64,000 nucleotides of DNA from a virus: positions 32,001 through 96,000 of IMG/VR virus record IMGVR_UViG_3300045995_000108, one strand, 5' to 3'. Every line of letters begins with the position of its first letter. Position 1 is the first letter of the stretch. The notes under the pieces are model-generated. The model was given only the letters and a program-made list of their open reading frames with translations, ran no database searches and was not told where the DNA came from. Positions 30,170 to 40,561 of the stretch are shown piece by piece. Made by a program: the position numbers and the translations under genes.

Positions 30170-30760
30170 ATGGCACAGGACATTACAGACGTAATCAACA
30201 ACGTAAAAACGCTAACTATGACGGATAGCGCCATCAATACCATGATGGACTTTGAACGTGTGATTGATGAATTAGATTTATACGCATTTGCTAACTGGAA
30301 AAAGGGCGAACTAGTAGAAGGTCCCATTTACGAAAAGTATTTCGTAACATGCACATTTATGTGGCCTTACAAGTTTATGCCCGATCCACGTGCAGCAGAG
30401 CGTTTAACTGACTATGGCTGCGAAGTAGGTTACAAGCGTGACCACTTAGAATATCCTGTTAAGATTAAGCAATCAACAGATTTTAAGCCTGGCACTAAGT
30501 TTCCCAAATCAGCTAAGGCACCTGTTTGGTTAGTAAAGATTGTTATGCCTAAGACGTTAATGCAAGAGATTCACCAAGGTTCTATGGAACTTGAAGCTGG
30601 CGACGTTGACATGGAAGACATTGAACAAGCATACGAAACTGGACAGGACGACAAACAATATAAGACCGGCACTGCCGCACCAGTAGGTGGGCAACCGGCA
30701 CCAGGCGGCGCTCCGGGCGCACCTGCACCAGGTGGAGCACCAAATGCACAGCAAGCTTAA
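30170..30760 (+). CDS. conserved phage protein
   Basis: DFERVIDELDLYAFANW, MPDP; TAAATA upstream. Confidence 0.6.
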   Translation: MAQDITDVINNVKTLTMTDSAINTMMDFERVIDELDLYAFANWKKGELVEGPIYEKYFVTCTFMWPYKFMPDPRAAERLTDYGCEVGYKRDHLEYPVKIKQSTDFKPGTKFPKSAKAPVWLVKIVMPKTLMQEIHQGSMELEAGDVDMEDIEQAYETGQDDKQYKTGTAAPVGGQPAPGGAPGAPAPGGAPNAQQA

Positions 30761-31292
30761 TGAAGGTTTAGAGCAAAACGACTTGAAGCGCCTTGTGCAC
30801 TCCGAGTTGCACATTGACGAGTTTAAGAGCAAGCTAGGTCGTGACGAAGATGTTATTGTCACAAGCTTCAAGCTAAAGGGTAAAGAACCAGCTAAAGACT
30901 TGATGAGCTTCTGCGAAAAGGGCTATACTTGGGTATTAGACGCTGATGTTTCCTCTGGTGAAATGGACGATGGTGACTATGTTGTGTTCGTTGAATGCGA
31001 GCGTAACGAGCAGTACCCAGAGAATCTAATGCAATTGATGTTTGACTTGATGAACTTGACTGAGCAAAAGATTGAAGACTGGCGCTTTCGCTACCACAAG
31101 TCCCACGAAGATCACGAAGTTGATACAGACGTACTTCGCGAGATTGTTCCGTTAAGCACTAGCGCATACGAGAAGAAGTTCGGTCATACAGAGATAGACA
31201 AACTCAAAGCATCAGCTGGTGTTAAAGTAACAACCAAGGCTCCAGTCAACGCTCATACTGAATCCCTTCGTCGTGCAGCGGGCTTAATTTAA
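30744..31292 (+). CDS. conserved phage protein
   Basis: IDEFKSKLG, LDADVSSGE, YVVFVE; ATG at 30744 after GGAG. Confidence 0.6.
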   Translation: MHSKLNEGLEQNDLKRLVHSELHIDEFKSKLGRDEDVIVTSFKLKGKEPAKDLMSFCEKGYTWVLDADVSSGEMDDGDYVVFVECERNEQYPENLMQLMFDLMNLTEQKIEDWRFRYHKSHEDHEVDTDVLREIVPLSTSAYEKKFGHTEIDKLKASAGVKVTTKAPVNAHTESLRRAAGLI

Positions 31293-31329
31293 CCGAAAAT
31301 CCATAAATACGGTATCAAGGAGATATCGT

Positions 31330-31971
31330 ATGGATTTCACAAAAGAGCAATTAGAGCAAATTATCGTTGGTAACGATCACGTAGACGAGTGGTACACCGC
31401 GTTGCAAACGGTAATCGAGAAGTACGAGTTAAACACTCCTAATCGTTTAGCAGGATTCCTTGCGCAATGTGCACACGAATCCAATGGATTCAAAGTAATC
31501 CGCGAGAACCTAAATTACAAGTGGGAATCGCTACGCCGTGTGTTCCCTAAGTATTTCCCAACAGACGACTTAGCAAAGCTATACGCACACAATCAAGAGA
31601 AAATTGCTAATCGCGTATATGGCGGGCGTATGGGCAACGGACCAGAAACAACAGGTGACGGTTGGAAGTACTCTGGTCGCGGATTAATCCAACTTACAGG
31701 TCACGACAATTACAAAAATTTTGCTGACAGCATTGGCATGACGCTGGACGAAGTAGTAGCACATTTAGGTACATTTGAAGGTGCTGCTGACTCTGCAGGT
31801 TGGTTCTGGAACTCACGCAATTTAAATGATTGCGCTGATGCGGATGACATTCTCACAATGACTAAGAAGATCAATGGCGGCACAATTGGATTAGAAGAGC
31901 GTACTAAAAATTACGAACACGCCAAGGAAGTATTAACTCCTAAGGAAGAACAAAATGCTGTGGATTCTTAA
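31330..31971 (+). CDS. endolysin, glycoside hydrolase family 19
   Basis: FLAQCAHES, ENLNY, GRGLIQLTG..NY, TKKINGG..GLEER. Confidence 0.93.
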   Translation: MDFTKEQLEQIIVGNDHVDEWYTALQTVIEKYELNTPNRLAGFLAQCAHESNGFKVIRENLNYKWESLRRVFPKYFPTDDLAKLYAHNQEKIANRVYGGRMGNGPETTGDGWKYSGRGLIQLTGHDNYKNFADSIGMTLDEVVAHLGTFEGAADSAGWFWNSRNLNDCADADDILTMTKKINGGTIGLEERTKNYEHAKEVLTPKEEQNAVDS

Positions 31972-32401
31972 TTTTTTCCCTGACTGGTTCTTTCACTTAA
32001 TCCTATTAAGTGGCATTGGCATACTAATGTTTGCCTCTGTGGTGACAAAATTTCCAGGGCTGACGCAATACGGCTTAGAGTTCAAGATTGTCGCTCTCGT
32101 GCTTATTGTTGCTGGTCTGTTATTTGAAGGTGCATTGTCACTAGAGAAAGACTATAAAGTACAGCAAGCACAGCTACAGCACGAGCTAGACTTGGCTAAC
32201 GCTAAGAGTGCACAGATTGTAACTAAGGTCGTGGACCAAGTTGTCTACCGTGACCGCATTATCGAAAAGCAAGGTACTAACACTGTCACATACATTGACA
32301 AGTGGCACGACGCTATTGATAAGGGTTGTGTGTTAAGCAAAGAAGCAATAGACGGGATCAATAAGAACGCCGTTGCACCATTAATAGAGGTTCCAAAATG
32401 A
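31955..32401 (+). CDS. putative i-spanin (Rz-like)
   Basis: N-terminal TM segments, coiled coil, C-terminal Cys; lies between endolysin and lipoprotein. Confidence 0.7.
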   Translation: MLWILNFFPDWFFHLILLSGIGILMFASVVTKFPGLTQYGLEFKIVALVLIVAGLLFEGALSLEKDYKVQQAQLQHELDLANAKSAQIVTKVVDQVVYRDRIIEKQGTNTVTYIDKWHDAIDKGCVLSKEAIDGINKNAVAPLIEVPK

Positions 32402-32673
32402 ACCTCAAACTAATCTGCATCACAGGCGTCATACTATTAAGTGGATGCGCATCTACTATTAAAGCTCAAAAATTTCCGGATAGTGATACACTTTTGACTA
32501 CACCGTGTCCTGTATTGGATTTAGTTCCAGCAGACACCACCAAGTTAAGCGACTTGGAAAAAGTAGTAGGTGGTAACTATACGAAGTATCATCAATGCGC
32601 CAATCAAGTAAATGGGTGGATACTATGGTACAACGAGCAAAAGAAAAATTACGAATCAGTAGGGAAGAAATGA
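32398..32673 (+). CDS. putative o-spanin lipoprotein (Rz1-like)
   Basis: Lipobox LSG-C, Pro/Cys pattern, NY..YHQC. Confidence 0.75.
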   Translation: MNLKLICITGVILLSGCASTIKAQKFPDSDTLLTTPCPVLDLVPADTTKLSDLEKVVGGNYTKYHQCANQVNGWILWYNEQKKNYESVGKK

Positions 32674-32990
32674 ACGAACGCAAAGCAGAACATTGGATGC
32701 AATCCACATGGCGCCCACTTATGGCGCTCCAATACATGATTACTTGTCTGTGTGACTTTGTAATCTTCCCAATCCTATGGAGCCTATTACAGGCGTACCA
32801 ACACGGTGCAGTAACAGATCAGTGGGACCCAATTACATTGTCTAATGGCGGTATGTACCACATGGCAATGGGTGCTATTATTGGTATCTCTGCTTGGGGA
32901 CGCACTAAGGAAAAGGTAGATGGCGTGAGCACGTTGCCAGCGCCAGTAGCACCAAAAGCAGTGCCAGCAGCAGATCAACCTGCATTATAA
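32670..32990 (+). CDS. holin (GTA 3TM-like)
   Basis: WRPLM..., YHMAMGAIIGISAWGRTKEK. Confidence 0.75.
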   Translation: MNERKAEHWMQSTWRPLMALQYMITCLCDFVIFPILWSLLQAYQHGAVTDQWDPITLSNGGMYHMAMGAIIGISAWGRTKEKVDGVSTLPAPVAPKAVPAADQPAL

Positions 32991-33007
32991 TTTTGGTAAC
33001 AGTGTAG

Positions 33008-33036
33008 TTGACTAGTAAATACTAGTCTGCTATACT
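33008..33036 (+). promoter_or_regulatory. sigma70 promoter with nested TAAATA and 8-bp palindrome
   Basis: TTGACT-17-TATACT; GACTAGTA-aa-TACTAGTC at 33010-33027. Confidence 0.7.
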
Positions 33037-33046
33037 CGTTACATAC

Positions 33047-33898
33047 ATGGATAATCACTACTCTACACTAGGCGTAGCCGAAACGGCTACAGAAGACGAA
33101 ATCAAAAAAGCTTACCGAAAGCTTGCGTCTAAGCACCATCCTGATAAAGGTGGCGACACCGAACAGTTCAAAACTATACAGACTGCGTACGACACGATTG
33201 GCAATGCTAACAAGCGGGCCGAATATGACGATGTGCGTAAGAATCCTGGTCGCCATGGTGGCTTTAGGTTCAGCACAAGCGATATGGACAGTGGTGGGCC
33301 GTTCCCACCAGGAATGGAAGACATTCTGCGTGGATTTGGTTTCGGTGGCGGATTCCGTGCACAGCAGCAACGTCGTAACAAAGATGTCCAGATCCGTTTA
33401 TCAATTGATTTGGCAGATACCTTACAGAAGCAAACTCGTATTGTAAAGTTCAACACTACAAACGGCGAAGAACAAACCGTAACAGTGGACATACCAAAAG
33501 GTGTACACTCTGGCAGCACAGTAAAGTACACAGGACTAGGCGATAACTTCTTTGCCACATTGCCGCGTGGTGACTTGTATGTTCATTTAACTGTAAATCC
33601 GCACCCATTGTTCCAGATTTTCGGACACGATTTGCTTGCGCCTATTGACATTGATGCAATAGATGCTATACTGGGAACTAAGCAAGTTTTTAAAGTGCTG
33701 GATGGCACTGAATTCGAATTAACCATTCCACCAGGAATACAAGGAGGTACAAAATTCAAAATTGCAAATCAAGGGCTGTGCTATCACCAGCAAGAACATC
33801 GTGGCCATTTATATTTGGTTGCTACTATTAAAGTACCAACATTGTCAGAAGCCCAACTAGAAATCATCAAGCAAGTTAAACAACTCAACATAACCTAA
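33047..33898 (+). CDS. dnaJ: class II J-domain protein (DnaJ/CbpA-like, no Zn finger)
   Basis: HPD motif, G/F-rich linker, GDLYV C-terminal domain. Confidence 0.92.
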   Translation: MDNHYSTLGVAETATEDEIKKAYRKLASKHHPDKGGDTEQFKTIQTAYDTIGNANKRAEYDDVRKNPGRHGGFRFSTSDMDSGGPFPPGMEDILRGFGFGGGFRAQQQRRNKDVQIRLSIDLADTLQKQTRIVKFNTTNGEEQTVTVDIPKGVHSGSTVKYTGLGDNFFATLPRGDLYVHLTVNPHPLFQIFGHDLLAPIDIDAIDAILGTKQVFKVLDGTEFELTIPPGIQGGTKFKIANQGLCYHQQEHRGHLYLVATIKVPTLSEAQLEIIKQVKQLNIT

Positions 33899-33899
33899 T

Positions 33900-36191
33900 A
33901 TGTCACTACAAACTAATCCAGAGATTGATCACATTGTTTCCGAAGCCGTTAATATCGCTAAGGAACACAAACACGAGTACGTAACAGTAGAGCACTTGAT
34001 GTTCGCTATGTGCAAGTACAAACCATTCCACAAGTTGCTTGACAATTTCGGCGTAGATGCTGCTGGCATGGTAGCAGAGTTGGACATGTACATTATGGGA
34101 CTAAGTGATATCACTAAGCCTAATGTAAACGAACCAAAGCGTACACATACGCTGGAGCGTGTGTTTAACCGTGCGTTTACGCAGGTGTTATTCTCTGGAC
34201 GTACACACATTCAGATTATTGACTTGTTCCTGTCTATTCACGCAGAAGCAAACAGCTATGCACATTACTTCATGGTAAAATACGGCCTGGATCGTCAACG
34301 CTTCATCGACTTCTACAGTAAGAACTACGCAGAAGAAAAGCAAATCAAGGAACTGTCTGCAGAGAAGGTAGACGAGTTTGTTGAGCAATATTGCGAAAAT
34401 CTCAGCAAGCAAGCTAAAGCAGGTGAGATTGATCCTGTTATTGGTCGAGACTTTGAACTGCACGAAGTTGCAGAAACACTTGCACGTCGCAATAAGAGCA
34501 ATGTGCTTATGGTTGGCGATCCTGGCGTAGGTAAGACTGCTATTGCAGAAGGACTTGCACTTAACATTGTAGACGGCAAGGTGCCTGCCTTCTTGAAGGA
34601 CTACACAGTCTACAGTTTGGACATTGGTGCATTGCTTGCTGGTTCTAAGTACCGCGGTGAGTTTGAAGAAAAGTTCCAAGACGTTATCAAGGGACTAAAG
34701 CTCAAGGGCAAAGCTATTTTGTTCATTGACGAAGCACACCAGATGAAGGGTGCTGGTGCTGGGGCGCAATCAAGCGTTGACTTCTCCAACATGATTAAGC
34801 CTGCGCTGACCAAGGGCAAGATCAAAGTTATTGCAAGTACGACATGGGAAGAATACAATACTTCCTTTGAGAAGGATCGTGCACTAATGCGCCGCTTCCA
34901 TCGTCTGCCTATTGACGAACCAACGATCGAAGTAAGCAAGGAAATTTTGCGCGGTCTAAAAGAGAAGTTTGAAAAGTTCCACGGTGGTTCAGTTACTGAT
35001 GATGCAATCATTGCCGCAGTTGAACTAAGCGCACGTTACCAAGCAGACAAGAAGTTGCCGGACAAGGCTATTGACTTGATCGACATTTCTTGCGCACGTC
35101 TAAAGATCATGACAGAAGATTTTGAGGTCACTCGCTACCACATTGTGGATGCTATCTCGCGTATGACAAAGATTCCCGTAGAGCAGATTGGACAAAGCAC
35201 AGACGCAAAAGATGCTGCACCAATCCTGCAGGGGATGGAAGGACGCATTAAGGAAAAGCTGTACGGTCAAGACAAAGCGGTTGAAGCTGTACTTGAACAA
35301 GTTTACATTGCACGTTCGGGATTGAAGGAAGTTGGTAAGCCGATTGGTAGCTTCTTGTTCCTTGGCCCAACAGGCACAGGTAAGACTGAGCTTGCTAAGT
35401 TGCTTGCTGACAACTTGGGTATGAAGTTGCTGCGCTACGATATGGGCGAGTACCAAGAGAAGCACACTGTGGCTAAATTCATTGGCGCGCCTCCTGGATA
35501 TGTTGGCTTTGACGATGGTGGTGCTGGCGGTGGTAAGCTGATCAATGACATCCAGAAGAATCCAAACTCTGTATTGTTGTTTGACGAAATTGAAAAGGCT
35601 CACCCTGACGTAAGCAATGTATTGTTGAGCATGATGGACGAAGGTAAAGTTACATCGTCTGGAGACAAGGTTGCTGACTGCCGTAACTGTTACGTTATCC
35701 TGACAAGTAACTTGGGTTCCGCTGCATCCGAACAAAACGCTATTGGCTTTGGCCGTTCGTTTATTAAGGATGGCGAGGATGACAAGGCAGTTAAGGACTT
35801 CTTTAAGCCTGAGTTCCGCAATCGTCTTGATGGCATCATTAAGTTCAAGAAGCTGGACGAGTTGTCTATGCGTCGCATTGTAAGCAAGTTTATCATTGAG
35901 CTGAACACGCTGATGGTAGACAAGCAAATCAAAGTACGCCTGTCAGAAGCGGCAGTGGACGAGATCATCAAGACTGGATTTGACGCTAAGATGGGCGCAC
36001 GACCTGTTAAGCGTAAGATCAACGAGATCGTTAAGGTCCCATTGTCCAAGAAGATCTTGTTTGAATCTGTACCGCCAAACAGCGTAGTGGTAGTAGACTT
36101 CAAGGACGGTAACTATACATTCGACTCGAATGTTGTATCTAACCTAACTGTACCATCAGTAGATGAGCGCGGATTTATCATATTGGGTTAA
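33900..36191 (+). CDS. clpA: Clp ATPase ClpA-like
   Basis: Clp N-domain, GDPGVGKT and GPTGTGKT Walker A motifs, no ClpB M-domain, AIGF loop. Confidence 0.9.
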   Translation: MSLQTNPEIDHIVSEAVNIAKEHKHEYVTVEHLMFAMCKYKPFHKLLDNFGVDAAGMVAELDMYIMGLSDITKPNVNEPKRTHTLERVFNRAFTQVLFSGRTHIQIIDLFLSIHAEANSYAHYFMVKYGLDRQRFIDFYSKNYAEEKQIKELSAEKVDEFVEQYCENLSKQAKAGEIDPVIGRDFELHEVAETLARRNKSNVLMVGDPGVGKTAIAEGLALNIVDGKVPAFLKDYTVYSLDIGALLAGSKYRGEFEEKFQDVIKGLKLKGKAILFIDEAHQMKGAGAGAQSSVDFSNMIKPALTKGKIKVIASTTWEEYNTSFEKDRALMRRFHRLPIDEPTIEVSKEILRGLKEKFEKFHGGSVTDDAIIAAVELSARYQADKKLPDKAIDLIDISCARLKIMTEDFEVTRYHIVDAISRMTKIPVEQIGQSTDAKDAAPILQGMEGRIKEKLYGQDKAVEAVLEQVYIARSGLKEVGKPIGSFLFLGPTGTGKTELAKLLADNLGMKLLRYDMGEYQEKHTVAKFIGAPPGYVGFDDGGAGGGKLINDIQKNPNSVLLFDEIEKAHPDVSNVLLSMMDEGKVTSSGDKVADCRNCYVILTSNLGSAASEQNAIGFGRSFIKDGEDDKAVKDFFKPEFRNRLDGIIKFKKLDELSMRRIVSKFIIELNTLMVDKQIKVRLSEAAVDEIIKTGFDAKMGARPVKRKINEIVKVPLSKKILFESVPPNSVVVVDFKDGNYTFDSNVVSNLTVPSVDERGFIILG

Positions 36192-36894
36192 GTTCAACCC
36201 AGAGGTTGCTTTTGAGCATACACAAAAGCAATTCTTTGGGAAGTTCGTATACCGCATTGCCTACAATATTCCAGCGGCTTTGTATATCAACAAGGCAGGG
36301 GACAAAACTATGCAGGCTTACATCGACTGGCGGAAGGTGCAAGCCAAAACGCAAGTTGGCGGTATAACGGGCGGGTACAACTACTACTGGACTCGCGATA
36401 TTACCGACAAAACTGATCCCGTAATGCTAGAGCATTTCCGCACGTTAAAGAATAAGTACGATCTAAAGTATAGACTCGAAGCTTCGAAGTTTGGGGTTTA
36501 CTCTAACGACGAAGCTGAGTTGAAAAAGTTTAACGACTCAGTGCTGCCACTGTATCACAACACTCTGCAGGAAGTAACTGGTCCCAAGGATGCTGCACAT
36601 CGCAAGCTATTAGAATCAGGTCATATCACAAGCAAAAACAAAAAAGGTTACAAGTACAAGGTGACCTTCCGTGACGGCAAGTACGATGCGAATGCCAAAC
36701 TACAGTTGATTGCATACTTTGATAGTCTCGACGGAATTGTTTCCATTGGTAAGGCGACACGAAGATCGTTCACCAATGGGCACTCATATACATGGGGTAA
36801 TTATATTCACACCAGTGACACTTCCATTCTGACATTTGTGGATCTCATCATTCCCGGGCTTGTAAACAAGACCTTTGAGATTACAAAAATATAA
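36163..36894 (+). CDS. hypothetical phage protein
   Basis: 243-aa ORF. Confidence 0.55.
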   Translation: MSADLSYWVKFNPEVAFEHTQKQFFGKFVYRIAYNIPAALYINKAGDKTMQAYIDWRKVQAKTQVGGITGGYNYYWTRDITDKTDPVMLEHFRTLKNKYDLKYRLEASKFGVYSNDEAELKKFNDSVLPLYHNTLQEVTGPKDAAHRKLLESGHITSKNKKGYKYKVTFRDGKYDANAKLQLIAYFDSLDGIVSIGKATRRSFTNGHSYTWGNYIHTSDTSILTFVDLIIPGLVNKTFEITKI

Positions 36895-36942
36895 TCGCTG
36901 CTTTCGCTCCCAATAAATACTACTATAACTAAGGAGCCTAAC

Positions 36943-37101
36943 ATGGCAAAGCTATTAACTGAAACAATCACAATTACCCTAAGCAAAATGATCCGTAACG
37001 ACGAAAAGTCTACAACAGTGTTGGACGAGGAAACGCTTGCTGGGCTCGTATCTGTAGTCACTGAGCTCGCTGGCGACGGCGTAATGGTAGAAGTCGAATA
37101 A
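36943..37101 (+). CDS. small protein (52 aa, below the ORF-track cutoff)
   Basis: TAAATA plus SD AAGGAG; MAKLLTETITITLSK...VEVE. Confidence 0.65.
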   Translation: MAKLLTETITITLSKMIRNDEKSTTVLDEETLAGLVSVVTELAGDGVMVEVE

Positions 37102-37106
37102 ACATC

Positions 37107-37445
37107 ATGCGTAAATTTGCAATTACAACAATCCTGGATCGCAATACGTTCCAAACTACACAAACTATTATGGAACGTGATGACGCCGGTGTAATTACTG
37201 AGCTGTACTCCGGTCCGTCATTGGATGTGTACCCAAAGTACACAGCAGCACAATTAGGTAAGATCGATGCAGTGAACTCAGTGTTAGCTACTAAAGGTGA
37301 GGCACCATTGACTGAAGCAGAGATTCAATTCCTGATCGACCCAATGCACGATGCATCTGCGGAAAAGCTTAAGGCAGAAGACTTACAGCGCCTAGCAGGC
37401 TTCACTGTAGAAAAGAAGATCGTATACCTAGACAAACAATCATAA
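37107..37445 (+). CDS. hypothetical protein
   Basis: 112-aa ORF. Confidence 0.5.
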   Translation: MRKFAITTILDRNTFQTTQTIMERDDAGVITELYSGPSLDVYPKYTAAQLGKIDAVNSVLATKGEAPLTEAEIQFLIDPMHDASAEKLKAEDLQRLAGFTVEKKIVYLDKQS

Positions 37446-37457
37446 ACGAAAGAGATC

Positions 37458-38354
37458 ATGGTCAAGAAAGTAACTAAACATTCAAACACTACGGCACAAG
37501 CTAAGACAGCGGATGCAGTAGCACAAATCAAAGCAGCCGCAGAAGCTGCAAAAAATGCTCCAGTAGCACAACCAGAAGGTACTCGTTACGACTTTAAGAA
37601 GTCGCACCTACACATTGGTATCCCTTGCTACGGTGGATTAATTTCTGAACCAACGATGACATCATTAATCCGCTTCATTCTGCTTGCTAACCAAGTAGGC
37701 TTGAACTGGTCGTTAGACACGATGGTTAACGAATCTCTTATCACTCGCGGCCGTAATAACTTGATGGCTAAGATGATGACTAACAAGAAAGCTACTCACT
37801 TCTTCTTCATTGACGCAGACATCCGCTTTGAACCAGATGCTCCTTTGAAAATGATGGTATGTGACAAAGAAGTTATTGGTGGTTTGTATCCTAAGAAGAG
37901 TTTGCCTGTATCGTACAACATCAACTTACTGGCACAAACAAAGGTACAAGGCGATATCTTTACGGTTGACACAATGGCAACCGGCTTCTTGATGTTCAAG
38001 CGTACAGTGTACGAGCAATTGATTGCTGCACATCCTGAATGCAAGTATGTAGACGATGTTGGCCTTGGTAAGCAATACGAACCAATGATGTACTCCATCT
38101 TCGATTGCAAGATTGATGCTAAGGGTCATTACTTGTCCGAGGACTGGTTGTTCTGCCGTCGTTGGCAAGAGCTTGGTGGCGAGATTTGGGCACACGGTAA
38201 GGTGTTGTTGAACCACATTGGACACTATGAGTTCAATGGTAACCTCGACAAGATGCCACAATTTGGTCAGCAAGTTGGCGTAATGCCTGATGCGTTGAAT
38301 GCAGCTATGCACCAAGCTAAGACTGAGCCTAAAGAAGTAGCTAAGGCTGAATAA
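37458..38354 (+). CDS. GT-A fold glycosyltransferase-like protein
   Basis: IPCYGG, ESLITRGRN, FIDAD (DxD), YLSEDWLFC. Confidence 0.75.
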   Translation: MVKKVTKHSNTTAQAKTADAVAQIKAAAEAAKNAPVAQPEGTRYDFKKSHLHIGIPCYGGLISEPTMTSLIRFILLANQVGLNWSLDTMVNESLITRGRNNLMAKMMTNKKATHFFFIDADIRFEPDAPLKMMVCDKEVIGGLYPKKSLPVSYNINLLAQTKVQGDIFTVDTMATGFLMFKRTVYEQLIAAHPECKYVDDVGLGKQYEPMMYSIFDCKIDAKGHYLSEDWLFCRRWQELGGEIWAHGKVLLNHIGHYEFNGNLDKMPQFGQQVGVMPDALNAAMHQAKTEPKEVAKAE

Positions 38355-38839
38355 TGTCTAATACCAATGAAGAACTAAACTTCCACATTGGTATCTCTGG
38401 TACTTACTGGAATAAGAAACCACGATACTTGGTTTCTATTCAGGCTGTTGACGGATCTAATGCTGGTGGCATTCCTGGGGAACTAACCATCACAGCAGAG
38501 TCAGACAAAGTTGAGTACGTAGATTTTGTTGCTGATTTACCTGATGGTGAGTACGAGTTGCGCATTCACTTATGCAACAAGGACGATTACGATGTAGTTA
38601 AAGCCGGTGACGGCAGAATTGCATCTGACATGTTGCTTAACATTGAGAGCATTGAGGTGGATGATATTGATCTTGGTACACTGCGCCACAGTGCAAGTGT
38701 ATTCAAGCCTAAGGTTGCGCAAGTGTATAAGGGCGAAACTATTACCGAGTTAAAAAACTGTGTCAACCTCGGTTGGAATGGTGCTTATACCTTGCCTTTT
38801 ACTGTTCCTTTCCACTACTGGTTGCTTGAGAATCTCTAA
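38354..38839 (+). CDS. hypothetical protein
   Basis: 161-aa ORF ending PFHYWLLENL. Confidence 0.55.
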   Translation: MSNTNEELNFHIGISGTYWNKKPRYLVSIQAVDGSNAGGIPGELTITAESDKVEYVDFVADLPDGEYELRIHLCNKDDYDVVKAGDGRIASDMLLNIESIEVDDIDLGTLRHSASVFKPKVAQVYKGETITELKNCVNLGWNGAYTLPFTVPFHYWLLENL

Positions 38840-38891
38840 GTTAACTATATAGCTTAATCCGTGCTAAATACTGCAATAAGACGGAATTTCA

Positions 38892-40274
38892 ATGTATATT
38901 GCAGAACTATTTCATGGTGGCCCTGAGCAACCAGAAGAAAAACAAGCTGATTTGGTCGAAACAAGCCAAACTCAGCTTGTCGTACTCTACCCTGGGCGCT
39001 TCCAACCTTTCCACTTAGGTCATGCAGATGTATTCCGTACATTGCAAGCTAAGTTCGGACGCGATAATGTTTTCATCGCAACATCTAACAAAGCAGACGG
39101 CGGCAAAAGCCCCTTCAACTTCACAGACAAAGTAACGATCATGCACGCCGCTGGCGTTCCTAGCGATCGTATACTGGAAGTCCAATCCCCATACAAGTTA
39201 CCTGCACAATTTGACGCTACTACAACCGTATTAGTTGTTACAGTAGGTGCGCCTGATGCTGAACGCCTGCAAGTAGATGGTGTTAAGAAGGATGGCAACC
39301 CAGGTTACTACAAAACATTCAAGAGCTTAGACGAATGCGTTACTGCTGACAAGCATGGCTATGTAGTCATCGCAGCAGAGCGTCAAAAGGTTATCACATT
39401 GAACGGTCAGCAAGTGGATGTATCGCACGGTACACCATCTCGTGCTGCCTGGAACTCTGTGCGCAAGGACCCTAAGGGCCGTGCAGAGTATATGAATCAA
39501 ATGTTTGGTCGTGCTGATCAAGAGCTTGGTTTAGTATTAGACAAAATCCCAGAATCCGTTCAAGCAACAGAAAGTATAGATATGCAACGCAGAGTACCAC
39601 CAACTAAAACACAACCAATTCACCCTGAAGAATTGGATAGCTTAATAACAAGCATTGGACAAAAAGCAAAGCAAGGCCCAATGAAAACAGTGTGGAACCC
39701 GCTTACCCGTAAGTACAAGGTAGTGCCAGAGCATGAGGCTGCATTGGAAGAGGACGATATGGCTCCTATGTCTCGTGAAGAGTACAATCACCGTCGTAAA
39801 GCATTGCAGCAAATTCAAATGGACCCACAGTTAACTAAAGATCCTACGTTACGCAAAGAGTTGATTAAGAAGATTGCACAGTTAACTATGCAAGCACGTT
39901 CTGCAGGTGTATTGCCTGAGTCTGTTCACGCTGCACACGTACAAGAAAACAAAATGTACTCTGCAAGAGCTATTGTAGAGACTATCAAATACCTAAAGGA
40001 AAGTATGTTGCAGGAAAGCATCAAGTCTAAGATGGCTGCTGGTGCTTTAGCTGGTGCAATGGCGACTGGGGCCGCAGCATATATGCCAGCATCTGCATAC
40101 ACTCAAAATCACTCTAAGAATCTTGCACCTGTGTCACAGTCAGAACGAGATAAGAATAACTATGACGCTCCGTGGACTGCTTATAGCAAAAAGAAAGCTC
40201 TTGATAAAGCCAATACCGAGGTAGATGCAGAGCAACGTAAGAACTACCACAAGCACCCAGTGAGTAAAAAATGA
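38892..40274 (+). CDS. HIGH-motif nucleotidyltransferase fused to a modular tail; probable internal head protein
   Basis: YPGRFQPFHLGH, KSPFNF; N-terminus MYIAELF; multiple hydrophobic-x-E sites. Confidence 0.75.
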   Translation: MYIAELFHGGPEQPEEKQADLVETSQTQLVVLYPGRFQPFHLGHADVFRTLQAKFGRDNVFIATSNKADGGKSPFNFTDKVTIMHAAGVPSDRILEVQSPYKLPAQFDATTTVLVVTVGAPDAERLQVDGVKKDGNPGYYKTFKSLDECVTADKHGYVVIAAERQKVITLNGQQVDVSHGTPSRAAWNSVRKDPKGRAEYMNQMFGRADQELGLVLDKIPESVQATESIDMQRRVPPTKTQPIHPEELDSLITSIGQKAKQGPMKTVWNPLTRKYKVVPEHEAALEEDDMAPMSREEYNHRRKALQQIQMDPQLTKDPTLRKELIKKIAQLTMQARSAGVLPESVHAAHVQENKMYSARAIVETIKYLKESMLQESIKSKMAAGALAGAMATGAAAYMPASAYTQNHSKNLAPVSQSERDKNNYDAPWTAYSKKKALDKANTEVDAEQRKNYHKHPVSKK

Positions 40275-40561
40275 AAACAGTAAGCATAAGCGTAGATGTA
40301 TGGTGTGATTACGATGACTTTGTTAAGCCAGCGTACCGTGTCTACGTAAATTCGGATATGTTGACAGAGCGCTCATTCATTTGGAAGAGTGCATCGCAGT
40401 ATATCCGTGAGCATATTGAAGTGAACCTATCACCAGGCACACATCATATAACCATAGAAAACTTAACGCCAGAGATGGCAGCGTATCGTATTGAGAATGT
40501 GCAAGTGGACGGCGTTACTGTAGCTGCAACTTCGCCAACCATTGCAATCTTTACAGTATAA
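40271..40561 (+). CDS. hypothetical protein
   Basis: YRVYVNSDMLTERSF. Confidence 0.55.
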   Translation: MKTVSISVDVWCDYDDFVKPAYRVYVNSDMLTERSFIWKSASQYIREHIEVNLSPGTHHITIENLTPEMAAYRIENVQVDGVTVAATSPTIAIFTV

